DNA of 64,000 nucleotides from an uncultured delta proteobacterium (GTDB lineage Bacteria; Myxococcota; Kuafuiibacteriia; Kuafuiibacteriales; Kuafuiibacteriaceae): NCBI GenBank assembly GCA_963803435.1, contig CAWDML010000003.1, positions 576,001 to 640,000 of the forward strand, read 5' to 3'. Shown piece by piece: positions 33,108 to 42,002 of this stretch (position 1 is its first letter; each line of letters starts with the position of its first letter). The notes under the pieces were generated by a model. It saw only the letters and a program-made list of their open reading frames with translations, ran no database searches and was not told where the DNA came from. The position numbers and the translations under genes were made by a program.

Positions 33108-35564
33108 ATGTTGATTTCGCTCGAATGGCTCAAGGAGCTGCTGCCCGGCTTGAAGGCCGGGCCCGACGCGATCGCCAAGCGATTGACGGCCGCCGGGATC
33201 GAGGTCGAAGGCGTGGTGCGCCCCGCCGACGAGCTCAGAGGCGTGGTGGCGGCCGAGGTGCGAGCGGTGGAGCCACACCCGGACGCGGACAAGCTCTCCG
33301 TGACGCGGGTGTTCGACGGCGACACCGAGCACGTGGTGGTCTGCGGCGCCCCCAACGTGGCGGCCGGCCAGCGGGTGGCGTTCGCCCCGGCCGGGACCAC
33401 GCTGCCCAACGGCGTCACGCTGGAGCGGCGATCGATCCGCGGGATCGAGTCGGCGGGGATGATCTGCGGCGAGGACGAGCTCGGCCTCGTCGACACCAAG
33501 GCCGAGGGCATCCTGGTCCTCAAGCCCAGGAGCAAGCCCGGCAAGCCGCTGGCCGAGGTGCTGAAGATCAACGACGTGATCTACGAGCTCTCCATCACCC
33601 CGAACCGGGCGGACTGCCTGAGCCACCTCGGGATCGCGCGCGAGCTGGCGGCGCTCCTCGGCGTGCCCGCTCCCAAGCTGAGCGTGCGGGTGCGGGAGGC
33701 GGGCAAGGCGTCGTCGTCGGTCGCCAAGGTGGAGATCAAGGACGGCAAGCGCTGCCCCAAGTACGTGGCGCGCGTGCTGACCGGCGTGAAGGTCGGGCCG
33801 TCTCCGTCGTGGGTCCAGAAGCGGCTCAAGTCGGTGGGCGTACGGTCGATCTCGAACGTCGTCGACGCGACCAACCTGGTGCTGATGGAGCTGGGCCATC
33901 CGCTCCACGCGTTCGATCTCGACAAGCTGGGCGGCCAGCGGATCGTGGTGCGCACGGCGAAGCCGGCAGAGAAGATCGAGCTGCTCGATCACACGGTGCT
34001 GGAGCTCTCCAAGGAGGATCTGGTCATCGCCGACGCCGAGGTGCCCGTGGCGCTGGCCGGCGTGATGGGCGGCGCCGGCTCGGAGGTCTCGGACGCGACC
34101 ACCAACATCCTGCTCGAGTCGGCGATGTTCGATCCGGTCTCGGTGCGGCGGACCGCGAAGCGCTACGGGCTCCACACGGAGGCGTCGCACCGCTTCGAGC
34201 GCGGGGCCGATCCCGAGATGGTGGAGGCGGCGATCGATCGCTGCGCCCAGCTCATCGCCGAGATCTCGGAGAGCGGCACCATCCACAAGGGCCAGATCGC
34301 AGTGGTGAAGTCTTCGCCCGAGCCCAAGGTGGTCTTGATCCGACCTGACCGCGCCTCCCAGGTGATCGGTCGGACCGTGGGCAAGCAGGAGGTCCGTGAC
34401 AGCCTGTCGGCGCTCGGGCTGAAGCCGGCCAAGGCGCCCGCGGGGCGGGACAAGAAGAAGAAGCCGCCGGGCGACGCGCTCTTCTTCCGCGTGCCCAGCT
34501 GGCGCGTCGATCTCTCCATCGAGGAGGACCTGATCGAGGAGGTCGCGCGTGTGGCCGGCTACGACGCGATCCCGACGGTGATGCCCAGCTCGGCCACCGA
34601 GGTATGGACCAAGGCGCCCGACCGCGATCTCGAGCGCGAGGTCCGCGGCGCGCTGGTGGCCGAGGGCCTGTTCGAGGCGATCTCGCTGGCGTTCAGCTCG
34701 CGGCGGGTGGTCGAGGATCTCGGCCTCGACGTCGAGCACGCGGTCTTGGTGCAGAATCCGCTGGGCGAGGAGAGCCAGCTGATGCGGCTCTCGCTGCTGC
34801 CGGCGCTGCTCACGGCGGCGCGGCTCAATCAGGACAACCTGCCCAGCATCACCGACCTGCGCCTCTTCGAGATCGGAAAGACCTTCCGCTGGGCCTCGCC
34901 GGCTGCCGGCCCGAACACGCTGCCGCTCGAGACGCGGCGGGTCGGGATCCTGATGCGCGGCCACCGGGCGCCGCAGGATTGGACCGGCTCGAAGGCCGTG
35001 CTCGACGCCTACGATCTGAAGGGTGTCCTCGAGGGGCTGTTCGGGCGGTTCCGGGTCCAGGCGGAGTGGCGGCCCGAGGAGCGTCCCTGGCTCCACCCGC
35101 GCTCGAGCACCCGGGTGGTGGCGGATGATCGGACGCTCGGCGTCTTCGGCGAGGCGCACCCGAACGTGATGGACCGGTTCGGGCTCGAGGGGCCGCCCGT
35201 CTTCCTGGCGGAGCTGGAGCTGGACGCGCTCGCGCAGGCGTTGGGGTCGACCGCGGTGTTTCGGCCCTTGCCCAAGCTGCCCCCTGCCCAGCGCGATCTC
35301 TCGTTCTTCGTCGATCGGGCGGTGGCGGCCGCCGAGATCCTCCGGGTCATCCGGGACGCCGGGACACCCGAGGCCCTCGAGGCGGTCTCGGTGTTCGACG
35401 TCTATGAAGGGAAGGGTGTGCCTGAGGGAAAGAAGAGCCTGGCGGTGGCCATGACCTTCCGGTCCGACGTCCGGACCCTCACGGACGCGGACGTCGAGGC
35501 GGCCCAGGCGGCCGTGATCGGGGCGCTCGAGTCGCACGCCGGGGCCGTCATCCGCAAGTCCTGA
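33108..35564 (+). CDS. pheT: Phenylalanine--tRNA ligase beta subunit
   Basis: HPDADKL, VVCGAPN, TPNRADCLS, RFERG, DLIEEVAR, FDVYEG. Confidence 0.98.
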   Translation: MLISLEWLKELLPGLKAGPDAIAKRLTAAGIEVEGVVRPADELRGVVAAEVRAVEPHPDADKLSVTRVFDGDTEHVVVCGAPNVAAGQRVAFAPAGTTLPNGVTLERRSIRGIESAGMICGEDELGLVDTKAEGILVLKPRSKPGKPLAEVLKINDVIYELSITPNRADCLSHLGIARELAALLGVPAPKLSVRVREAGKASSSVAKVEIKDGKRCPKYVARVLTGVKVGPSPSWVQKRLKSVGVRSISNVVDATNLVLMELGHPLHAFDLDKLGGQRIVVRTAKPAEKIELLDHTVLELSKEDLVIADAEVPVALAGVMGGAGSEVSDATTNILLESAMFDPVSVRRTAKRYGLHTEASHRFERGADPEMVEAAIDRCAQLIAEISESGTIHKGQIAVVKSSPEPKVVLIRPDRASQVIGRTVGKQEVRDSLSALGLKPAKAPAGRDKKKKPPGDALFFRVPSWRVDLSIEEDLIEEVARVAGYDAIPTVMPSSATEVWTKAPDRDLEREVRGALVAEGLFEAISLAFSSRRVVEDLGLDVEHAVLVQNPLGEESQLMRLSLLPALLTAARLNQDNLPSITDLRLFEIGKTFRWASPAAGPNTLPLETRRVGILMRGHRAPQDWTGSKAVLDAYDLKGVLEGLFGRFRVQAEWRPEERPWLHPRSSTRVVADDRTLGVFGEAHPNVMDRFGLEGPPVFLAELELDALAQALGSTAVFRPLPKLPPAQRDLSFFVDRAVAAAEILRVIRDAGTPEALEAVSVFDVYEGKGVPEGKKSLAVAMTFRSDVRTLTDADVEAAQAAVIGALESHAGAVIRKS

Positions 35565-35578
35565 GCGATCTCGACGGC

Positions 35579-35607
35579 TTGACCCGGATCCGGGCCGCGG
35601 GCAGACT
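35579..35607 (+). promoter_or_regulatory. Sigma70-like promoter TTGACC-N17-CAGACT with palindromic spacer
   Basis: Upstream of the merR gene; palindrome CCCGGATCCGGG at 35583-35594. Confidence 0.4.
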
Positions 35608-35621
35608 TTGGGCCCCTCCCG

Positions 35622-36284
35622 ATGGACCCCAAGGAAACGCCGCCGACCCTCGAGGTCGAGCACCTCTCGGATCTCGACCGGGCCCTCGACGTCCTCCGGG
35701 CCCGGCGAAGCGTCGCGCAGGGTGAGCTCGACTTCCCTGAGGGTGGGGCGTGGCCCTTACCGGTATTGTCCGAAGAGGACGAGACCGACGAGGACATGCC
35801 GGCCGACGCGGATCTGGCGCCGGACGCCGTGGACGTGGCGCCCACGCTGCTCGACGCGCTCGACGATCGGATGGAGACACCCGACGACCCGCGGATCCCG
35901 GATGGGCAGAGCTATTTCAAGATCGGCGAGGTTGCGAAGATCATCGGAGTGAAGCCGTACGTCCTCCGCTACTGGGAGGGCGAGTTTCCGTGGATCCGGC
36001 CGGAGAAGACCAGCAGCCGGCAGCGGCGCTATCGGCGCACGGACGTCGCGATGCTGCTGACGGTCCGGCGGCTCCGGCACGACGAGCAGCTCACCGTCGC
36101 CCGGACCCGGGAGGTGCTGCAGGAGATGAAGCGCTCCGGCAAGAAGCGCCCTGCGAAGTCGAAGCGCCCGGTCCGGATGCTCCCCGACGCGCCGGGATCG
36201 GCGGTGGATCCTGCGCTCGTCCGGCGCCGGCTGGCCGAGATGCGGCAGGCGGTCCTGGAGCTTTTGTCAGCGGTCGAGGAATGA
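35622..36284 (+). CDS. MerR family transcriptional regulator with acidic N-terminal extension
   Basis: YFKIGEVAKIIGVKPYVLRYWE...QRRYRR; pheT/ihfA context. Confidence 0.9.
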   Translation: MDPKETPPTLEVEHLSDLDRALDVLRARRSVAQGELDFPEGGAWPLPVLSEEDETDEDMPADADLAPDAVDVAPTLLDALDDRMETPDDPRIPDGQSYFKIGEVAKIIGVKPYVLRYWEGEFPWIRPEKTSSRQRRYRRTDVAMLLTVRRLRHDEQLTVARTREVLQEMKRSGKKRPAKSKRPVRMLPDAPGSAVDPALVRRRLAEMRQAVLELLSAVEE

Positions 36285-36302
36285 CGTAGAAAGGGACACG
36301 CG

Positions 36303-36632
36303 ATGGCAGACGGAACGCCTACCAATTTCAGCTCCGAGGTCGTCGGCAAGACACTGACCAAGGCCGACTTCGTCGAGGCGGTGTACAGCCGGATCGGGGG
36401 TCTCTCCCGCCGGGATTCAGCCGAGATCATCGACATGCTGTTCGAGGCGATCAAGGAGACACTGTCCCGGGGCGAGGCGGTGAAGATCAGCGGTTTCGGC
36501 AACTTCGTGGTCCGCGACAAGAAGGCCCGCATCGGACGGAACCCGCAGACCGGCCGCGACATCGAGATTTCCGCGCGGCGTGTCCTCACCTTCAAGCCCT
36601 CGCAGGTCCTGAAGGATCAGCTCAACACCTAA
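36303..36632 (+). CDS. ihfA: Integration host factor alpha subunit
   Basis: LTKAD, VKISGFGNF, RIGRNPQTG, ARRVLTFKPSQVLK. Confidence 0.93.
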   Translation: MADGTPTNFSSEVVGKTLTKADFVEAVYSRIGGLSRRDSAEIIDMLFEAIKETLSRGEAVKISGFGNFVVRDKKARIGRNPQTGRDIEISARRVLTFKPSQVLKDQLNT

Positions 36633-38311
36633 GGTTCGTGGACCGCGACCCGAGGTTCGGGTTCCTCGCGCGGCAGCGTGGTCTTCGCCGGCACCGACTG
36701 AAACGCGATCGCGTGCTCGGCGCGGGCCTCGAGCCCGGCCGGGAACAGGCCGAAGAACAACACGAAGCCGCAGGTCGCGAGGAGGATGCCCCGGGTGAGG
36801 CCGTCGGTCGGGAGGGGCGATGGGTCGTCGGGACGCTCGAGGAACATCTTCCGGACCACACGGAAGTAGTAATAGAGCGAGATGGCGCTGTTCACCACGG
36901 CGACGATGCTCAGCGCGTAGAAGATCCCGCCCCCGGACAGGGCGCAGGTCAGCTTCCCCATCAGGCTCAGATCAGCGTGGGCAGCGCAGGCCGCCAGGGG
37001 CTCGAACTGAAAGGCGCGCTCGAGCGCGGCGGCGAAGAGCTTGTACTTCGCGATGAACCCGGCCATGGGCGGCAGGCCCGTCAGCGACACCAAGAAGACG
37101 GTGAAGGCCACGCCGATCAGGGGTGAGCGATGGCCGAGGCCCTTGTAGTCATCGATGAGCTCGCTCCCGATCTTCTCCCGGACCCAGATCACCACGTAGA
37201 AGGCGCCGATGTTCATGGCCAGATAGATGGTCAGGTACAGGAGGATGCTGGCGACGCCGGTCTTGGTGAAGGCGCACAACCCGATCAGCGCGTAGCCGGC
37301 GTGGGCGATGGAGGAGTAGGCGAGGAAGCGCTTGATGTTCGATTGGCCGATCGCCGCCAGGTTCCCCAGGGTCATGGTGGCCATCGAGACGATGACGATC
37401 AGCGTCAGCCAGGGGAGGCCGGAGAGCTCGGAGTCCACGGCGCCCGACTGGAACTTGGCGAGATCGGAGAACCCGACGATGAAGAAGCGGATGAGGAGCG
37501 CGAATCCCGCCGCCTTGGGCCCGGTGGAGAGGAACGCGGTGAAGGGCGTGGGCGCGCCCTCGTAGACGTCGGGGCTCCACATGTGCAGCGGGACGGCCGC
37601 GATCTTGTACGCGAAGCCGACGAACGACAGCACGACGCCGACGATCACCGCGGGGGGCATGGTCGCGGGGACGTTGACCTGGGACAGGCTCATCTGCGCG
37701 GTCTGCGTCACCAGGCCCTGGAGGGCCGCGTTGATCATCGGTAGCTGCGTATGTCCGGTGATGCCGTAGAGGAGCGAGAAGCCGTAGACCATCGCGCCGG
37801 AGGCGGCGCCGCCGTAGATCACGTACTTGAGCGCGGCCTCCGAGCTCCGGGCGTTGTGGCGCCGGAAGCCGACCAGCACGTACGACATGAGCGACACCAG
37901 CTCGAGGGCCAGGAAGATCATGACGAGGTCTTGCGCCATCGCCATCAGGTTCATGCCCATGACCAGCGAGAGGAACAGCGTGTAGTACTCGCCGTTGTTC
38001 TGGGCGCCGATCTCGTTCGAGTTGAGCGAGATCAGGATCCCGAGGATGCCGGCGACGAGGCTGAAGACGCGGAAGAAGTCGACGAACGGATCGACGACCA
38101 CCATGCCGGAGAAGAGGGTCTCGGACCGGCCGGAGACCAGGAACGCCAGCCCGAGCGCGCCGACCAGGATCCCGCCGGCGATGTAGGCAGGGCGCCTGCC
38201 GTCCGCGGAGGGGTAGAAGGCCTCGATGAGCAGCAGGAACGCGGCGCCGAAGCCGAGGAGGAGCTCCGGGAGCAGGAGCGATGCGCCGGTGTAATACTGG
38301 CTGACGTCCAT
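36629..38311 (-). CDS. nuoN: NADH-quinone oxidoreductase subunit N
   Basis: LALELVSL, SSEAALKY, KIAAVPLHMWSPDVYEGAPTP, KRFLAYSSIAHAGY, GLPPMAGF. Confidence 0.92.
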   Translation of the reverse strand: MDVSQYYTGASLLLPELLLGFGAAFLLLIEAFYPSADGRRPAYIAGGILVGALGLAFLVSGRSETLFSGMVVVDPFVDFFRVFSLVAGILGILISLNSNEIGAQNNGEYYTLFLSLVMGMNLMAMAQDLVMIFLALELVSLMSYVLVGFRRHNARSSEAALKYVIYGGAASGAMVYGFSLLYGITGHTQLPMINAALQGLVTQTAQMSLSQVNVPATMPPAVIVGVVLSFVGFAYKIAAVPLHMWSPDVYEGAPTPFTAFLSTGPKAAGFALLIRFFIVGFSDLAKFQSGAVDSELSGLPWLTLIVIVSMATMTLGNLAAIGQSNIKRFLAYSSIAHAGYALIGLCAFTKTGVASILLYLTIYLAMNIGAFYVVIWVREKIGSELIDDYKGLGHRSPLIGVAFTVFLVSLTGLPPMAGFIAKYKLFAAALERAFQFEPLAACAAHADLSLMGKLTCALSGGGIFYALSIVAVVNSAISLYYYFRVVRKMFLERPDDPSPLPTDGLTRGILLATCGFVLFFGLFPAGLEARAEHAIAFQSVPAKTTLPREEPEPRVAVHEP

Positions 38312-38373
38312 CACGGCGAGGCGTGCCATAGCCCGTGCGATGGGCGCTGGCAACGACGACGTGGATGCGTCAC

Positions 38374-38402
38374 TTGACCGGATCGCGACGCGAAGCTAGG
38401 CC
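38374..38402 (+). promoter_or_regulatory. Possible sigma70 promoter TTGACC-N17-TAGGCC
   Basis: In the divergent gap between nuoN and a small ORF; GTG lies 7 nt downstream. Confidence 0.35.
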
Positions 38403-38409
38403 TTGCTGC

Positions 38410-38694
38410 GTGGCGGACGAAGACATGATCGTCTACCAGGTCGTGAACCTGGATCGACAGGAGCTGTTTTTCGGCACCACGGTGGTCCACCTCGACCAGG
38501 AGATCGAGCGCCTGGCGAAGGATCCCCGCGGGCCGGCTTCGGGATGGAAGAAGGGCGAGGTCGTCCACTGGCGGCCGCTCACACCTCCGCTCAGCCCGAG
38601 CTTCGCGCGGCAGCTCCACCGCGACTTCGAGAAGAAGACGCCGCCGAACAAGTTCAAGGTCATCCCTACCTATCGAGAGGAAGAGGACGCTTGA
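38410..38694 (+). CDS. Small hypothetical protein, possibly degenerate GIY-YIG fold
   Basis: GC3-biased ORF; MIVYQVVNLDRQELFFGTT start. Confidence 0.6.
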   Translation: MADEDMIVYQVVNLDRQELFFGTTVVHLDQEIERLAKDPRGPASGWKKGEVVHWRPLTPPLSPSFARQLHRDFEKKTPPNKFKVIPTYREEEDA

Positions 38695-38727
38695 CGTCGA
38701 ACCGCCGCCGCCATGTACTTGCGCGGC

Positions 38728-38799
38728 GGTGCCGTGGCCAAGTGGTAAGGCATAGGTTTGCAAAACCTACATACGCCGGTTCGAATCCGGCCGGCACCT
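38728..38799 (+). tRNA. tRNA-Cys (GCA), CCA not encoded
   Basis: Acceptor GGTGCCG/CGGCACC, D loop AAGTGGTAA, anticodon arm TAGGT-TTGCAAA-ACCTA, T loop GTTCGAATC. Confidence 0.97.
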
Positions 38800-38823
38800 T
38801 GAGGACCTCCTGGTCGAGCCTCC

Positions 38824-41037
38824 GTGGCGTCGTCGAAGCGTGACCTGCTGGTCGTTCGACTGGCCATCAAGTGGAAGTGGCTAACCCCCGAAGAGGGTGA
38901 AGACGTCCTCTTCTTGAAGAGGAAGTTCGGCGCCAAGCTCACCGTCGAGCAGATCGTCCGCCGGCGGGGCTACCTCGACTGGGAGGAGCTCGATCAGCTC
39001 GCCGAGGCCGCCACCGCCGCCATGGGACGGCGCGCTCGGCCCGGCGCCGACGTCGCGCCCACCACCAATCCGCAGCCGGGCCGCCCCGCGCTCGAGGTCC
39101 CGGAGGCGGCGGTCCTCCTCACCGAGCCCCGGAGCGAGCGCGGTCCGGTCATCGATCCCAGCGACGACGACGATCCGTTCCGGGACGAAGGGAAGACGGT
39201 CATCGCGTCGATGCCCGACCTCCGCAAGGCGGCGCTGGCGCGGACCGGGCGCCCGCCCTCCGACGATCCCGACCGCACCATCCACGACGCGCCGCTCGAC
39301 TTCATTCATGACTTTGGGGACGACGACGAGTCCCGCGAGCACACGGTCTACCAGCCGCGACCGCCGTTTTCGTCCCACGACTCCGACGTGATCGAGCGCG
39401 TCGAAGCGCGGATCGATCCAGCCTCGCTCGACGCGGACACCGACGAGTCGCTCGGGATCGGCGGGCGGCCGGCGCCGCTCAACCCTGCCTTTCTGCGCGA
39501 GATCCCGAGCCGGCCGCTCTCCGACGACGCGCTGGATCCCGACTCGATGCCGGGGGAGTCGCTCGCGAAGGCGGTGCTCGGCCGGGGCCTCGCGATCCCG
39601 TCACGGATCGCGCCCGGGCTCACGATCGTCCGAGACGAGGCCGGGGTCGAGTTCCTCGACGGCGAGTTCGGCCCGTACTCCATCCGCCGCGTCATCGCGC
39701 GCGGTCGCACCTCGATCGTGTACCTCGCGCTCCACCGGGAGAGCGGAACCGAGGTGGCGCTCAAGGTGCTCAACCTCCCGGCAGCGGCGGCCTCGCGCTT
39801 CTTCGCCGAGCGCGGCGACGAGCTTCTGGAGGCGGCGCGTCTCACGTCACCGCTGGTGGTGCGGACGCTCGACGTGGGTCATGTCGGGCAGAAGTATTAC
39901 GTCGCGCTCCAGTACGTCGACGGCTGGACGCTCGAGGAGATGCTGGACGCCGGCGATCGGCCCAGCCACCTGCGCGTGGCCGAGATCGGGCGCGATCTGT
40001 CGGTGGCGCTGGCGGCGGGGGAGGACCTGGGGATCCTTCACCTCGACGTCCGTCCGGATCACGTCCTGATCCCCGACTCGGGGCAGGCGCTCCTCACCGG
40101 CTTCGGCTTCGCGCCCCACCGCCCCGGGTTCCCGGCCGCCGTGCGCGGGACGCCCGAGTACATGGCGCCGGAGCAGCTCCTCGGATCGCCGGACGCGCGC
40201 ACCGATCTCTACGGGCTCGGCGTCACCCTGTATCGCGTGCTCACGGGCGGCGTTCCCGGCGACGCGATCGATCCCACGTTGCCCGCGCAGGCGAGCATGG
40301 ACGTGCCGCCGCCGGATCCGCGCGACGCCGATCCGTCGATCCCGGAGGCGCTGGCGCTGATCGTCCTGCGGCTGCTGGCGAAGCGCCCCGACGCTCGCTT
40401 CCAGAGCGCGGTCGAGGTTCACGACGCGTTCGATCAGCTCCTCTTCGAGATGGAGGCCGCGGGCTTTCAGGAGCCGCCGGCGCCCACGCCCTCGATGCGC
40501 CCGCTGATGGTCCAGGCCGCGCTCGGCTCGCTCGGGCTGGTCGGGGTGGCGCTGGTCGCGGCCATCGCGCTCGACACCACGGATCTCTGGTCGGGACCGG
40601 AAGCGGCCCGGCGCGGCGCCTTCATCGGCATGGCTGGCTCGATCGCGGCCTCGATCCTGCTGTCGACCGTGGCCTTGATCCGCCGCGGGCAGATCCCGCT
40701 CCCGCTCTCGAGCGCATGGCTGGTACGGCTCCAGGAGTCGCTGGGGGCGCTGGGATCGCTCGCGTTGATCGCGGGCTTCGTGCTGGCACCTCCGGCCGTC
40801 CTCAACGTCACGGTTGGATCGATCGCGATCGTGGTCCTCACCAGCGGCGTGTTCGGCACGCTCCTCCGGAAGGCGATCGCCCGCTCCCGCGCCGACGGAG
40901 GCGTGGGCCGCATGCTGGCCGTGCTCGGCGACCCAATGCTCGGGAGCTGGCGCGCGGTGCACGTGCCGCTGGTGGTGTGTATGACCGCGCTGGCCGTGGC
41001 CCGCTTTGCCGTCATGGCGTACTTCGCCAGCGCGTGA
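38824..41037 (+). CDS. Membrane Ser/Thr kinase-like protein, probable pseudokinase
   Basis: VALK and GTPEYMAPE present; HLDVRPDH and GFG replace HRDLKPxN and DFG; several C-terminal TM helices. Confidence 0.85.
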   Translation: MASSKRDLLVVRLAIKWKWLTPEEGEDVLFLKRKFGAKLTVEQIVRRRGYLDWEELDQLAEAATAAMGRRARPGADVAPTTNPQPGRPALEVPEAAVLLTEPRSERGPVIDPSDDDDPFRDEGKTVIASMPDLRKAALARTGRPPSDDPDRTIHDAPLDFIHDFGDDDESREHTVYQPRPPFSSHDSDVIERVEARIDPASLDADTDESLGIGGRPAPLNPAFLREIPSRPLSDDALDPDSMPGESLAKAVLGRGLAIPSRIAPGLTIVRDEAGVEFLDGEFGPYSIRRVIARGRTSIVYLALHRESGTEVALKVLNLPAAAASRFFAERGDELLEAARLTSPLVVRTLDVGHVGQKYYVALQYVDGWTLEEMLDAGDRPSHLRVAEIGRDLSVALAAGEDLGILHLDVRPDHVLIPDSGQALLTGFGFAPHRPGFPAAVRGTPEYMAPEQLLGSPDARTDLYGLGVTLYRVLTGGVPGDAIDPTLPAQASMDVPPPDPRDADPSIPEALALIVLRLLAKRPDARFQSAVEVHDAFDQLLFEMEAAGFQEPPAPTPSMRPLMVQAALGSLGLVGVALVAAIALDTTDLWSGPEAARRGAFIGMAGSIAASILLSTVALIRRGQIPLPLSSAWLVRLQESLGALGSLALIAGFVLAPPAVLNVTVGSIAIVVLTSGVFGTLLRKAIARSRADGGVGRMLAVLGDPMLGSWRAVHVPLVVCMTALAVARFAVMAYFASA

Positions 41038-41114
41038 CCACCTGCGAGCGAAGCTCGACAAAATGGCCGACTCTTGTGCTTCGGGCAACCGCTGGGGCTC
41101 GCAGCTTTCAGGTG

Positions 41115-41184
41115 CTAGGAGCGTGTAGCGCGTAAGCGCTCACGCGACCCCGGTCCGGGTCCCGGTCCCGTTCCGGGTCCCGAT
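41115..41184. repeat. Left inverted repeat with GGTCCC-type hexamer array
   Basis: CTAGGAGCGTGTAGCGCGTA...CCCGGTCCGGGTCCCGGTCCCG...GAT. Confidence 0.9.
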
Positions 41185-41199
41185 CTGAAGATGGCTGCC

Positions 41200-41612
41200 T
41201 TGAGTCAGACGCTCGCGACGGTCGCGAGCTTCGATCGGTAGAGCTTGAGCAGGTTGTGGGTGAGGCAGACGAGCGTCCCCTCGGCTCGTACCTTTCTGTT
41301 CGCGTCCAACAGCGATGTGGGCATCGATCTGATTGTTGTCGCAGAATTCGATGTTGGTCGCGCTCAGATAGCCGTTGTCTGCCGTCATCTTCCGCGGAGC
41401 ATCGCCGCAGTTGCCGAACACATCACGGAGCATCGGGACGAGGTGTTGCTGATCAGGTGCCTGGTTGCTGACCCCTTCGGCGACACTCACCTGATCGTGC
41501 TCATCTACGACAACTTGGGCATTGTAGGCCTGGAGGTACGCTCCATCCTTCAACATGATCCTGCTGTCTGAGTCGGTGAAGTTCCTCTGAGCGTTGGGCC
41601 TCGGTGTGCCGT
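41200..41612 (-). pseudogene. IS1182-family transposase fragment with internal deletion
   Basis: QRNFTDSDSRIM, QAYNAQ and ADNGY motifs, then in another frame the C-terminal KVRAEGTLVCLTHNLLKLYR. Confidence 0.8.
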
Positions 41613-41613
41613 C

Positions 41614-41913
41614 CAGATCGCACAAGAACTGCAACCCGGTCACGCTCACGTCCGCGATCAGCTTCGGCGGGCATCCGATTCCATCGTGAACAACACCGCC
41701 GAGGGCGCCGGAGAGTTCAATCCACCTGAGAAGGCTCGCTTCTACCGGATGGCACTTCGCTCTGGCACCGAAAGCGCCGCCTCACTCCACACCTGCTTGA
41801 GGCGCCGACTCGCCAACGAGCAGAAGGTCCAAGCCGCCAGAGCCAAGCTCAAGTGCGTTGTCGAGATGCTCACGCGCCTCATCAAGTCGATGAACGCACG
41901 CCGGGCTGCATGA
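41614..41913 (+). pseudogene. Four-helix-bundle (23S rRNA IVS-type) protein, 5'-truncated
   Basis: RDQLRRASDSIVNNTAEGAG...KARFYRMALRSGTE...MLTRLI; no start codon before the transposase junction. Confidence 0.8.
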
Positions 41914-41918
41914 TCGCC

Positions 41919-41987
41919 ATCGGGACCGGGACCGGGACCGGGACCCGGACCGGGCTCGCGGTAGCGCTACGCGCTACACGCTCCTAG
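41919..41987. repeat. Right inverted repeat with GGGACC hexamer array
   Basis: ATCGGGACCGGGACCGGGACC...TACGCGCTACACGCTCCTAG. Confidence 0.9.
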
Positions 41988-42002
41988 CCGACAGCAGCCT
42001 CG

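Larger units (their letters stand above)
41115..41987. mobile_element. ~870-bp element bounded by ~70-bp imperfect inverted repeats, CTAG at both ends
   Basis: 41115-41184 is the near reverse complement of 41919-41987; encloses transposase and four-helix-bundle remnants; lower GC3 than flanks. Confidence 0.8.

Noticed and set aside
41919-41955. CRISPR array
   Set aside because: Only tandem GGGACC hexamers without spacers; no cas genes
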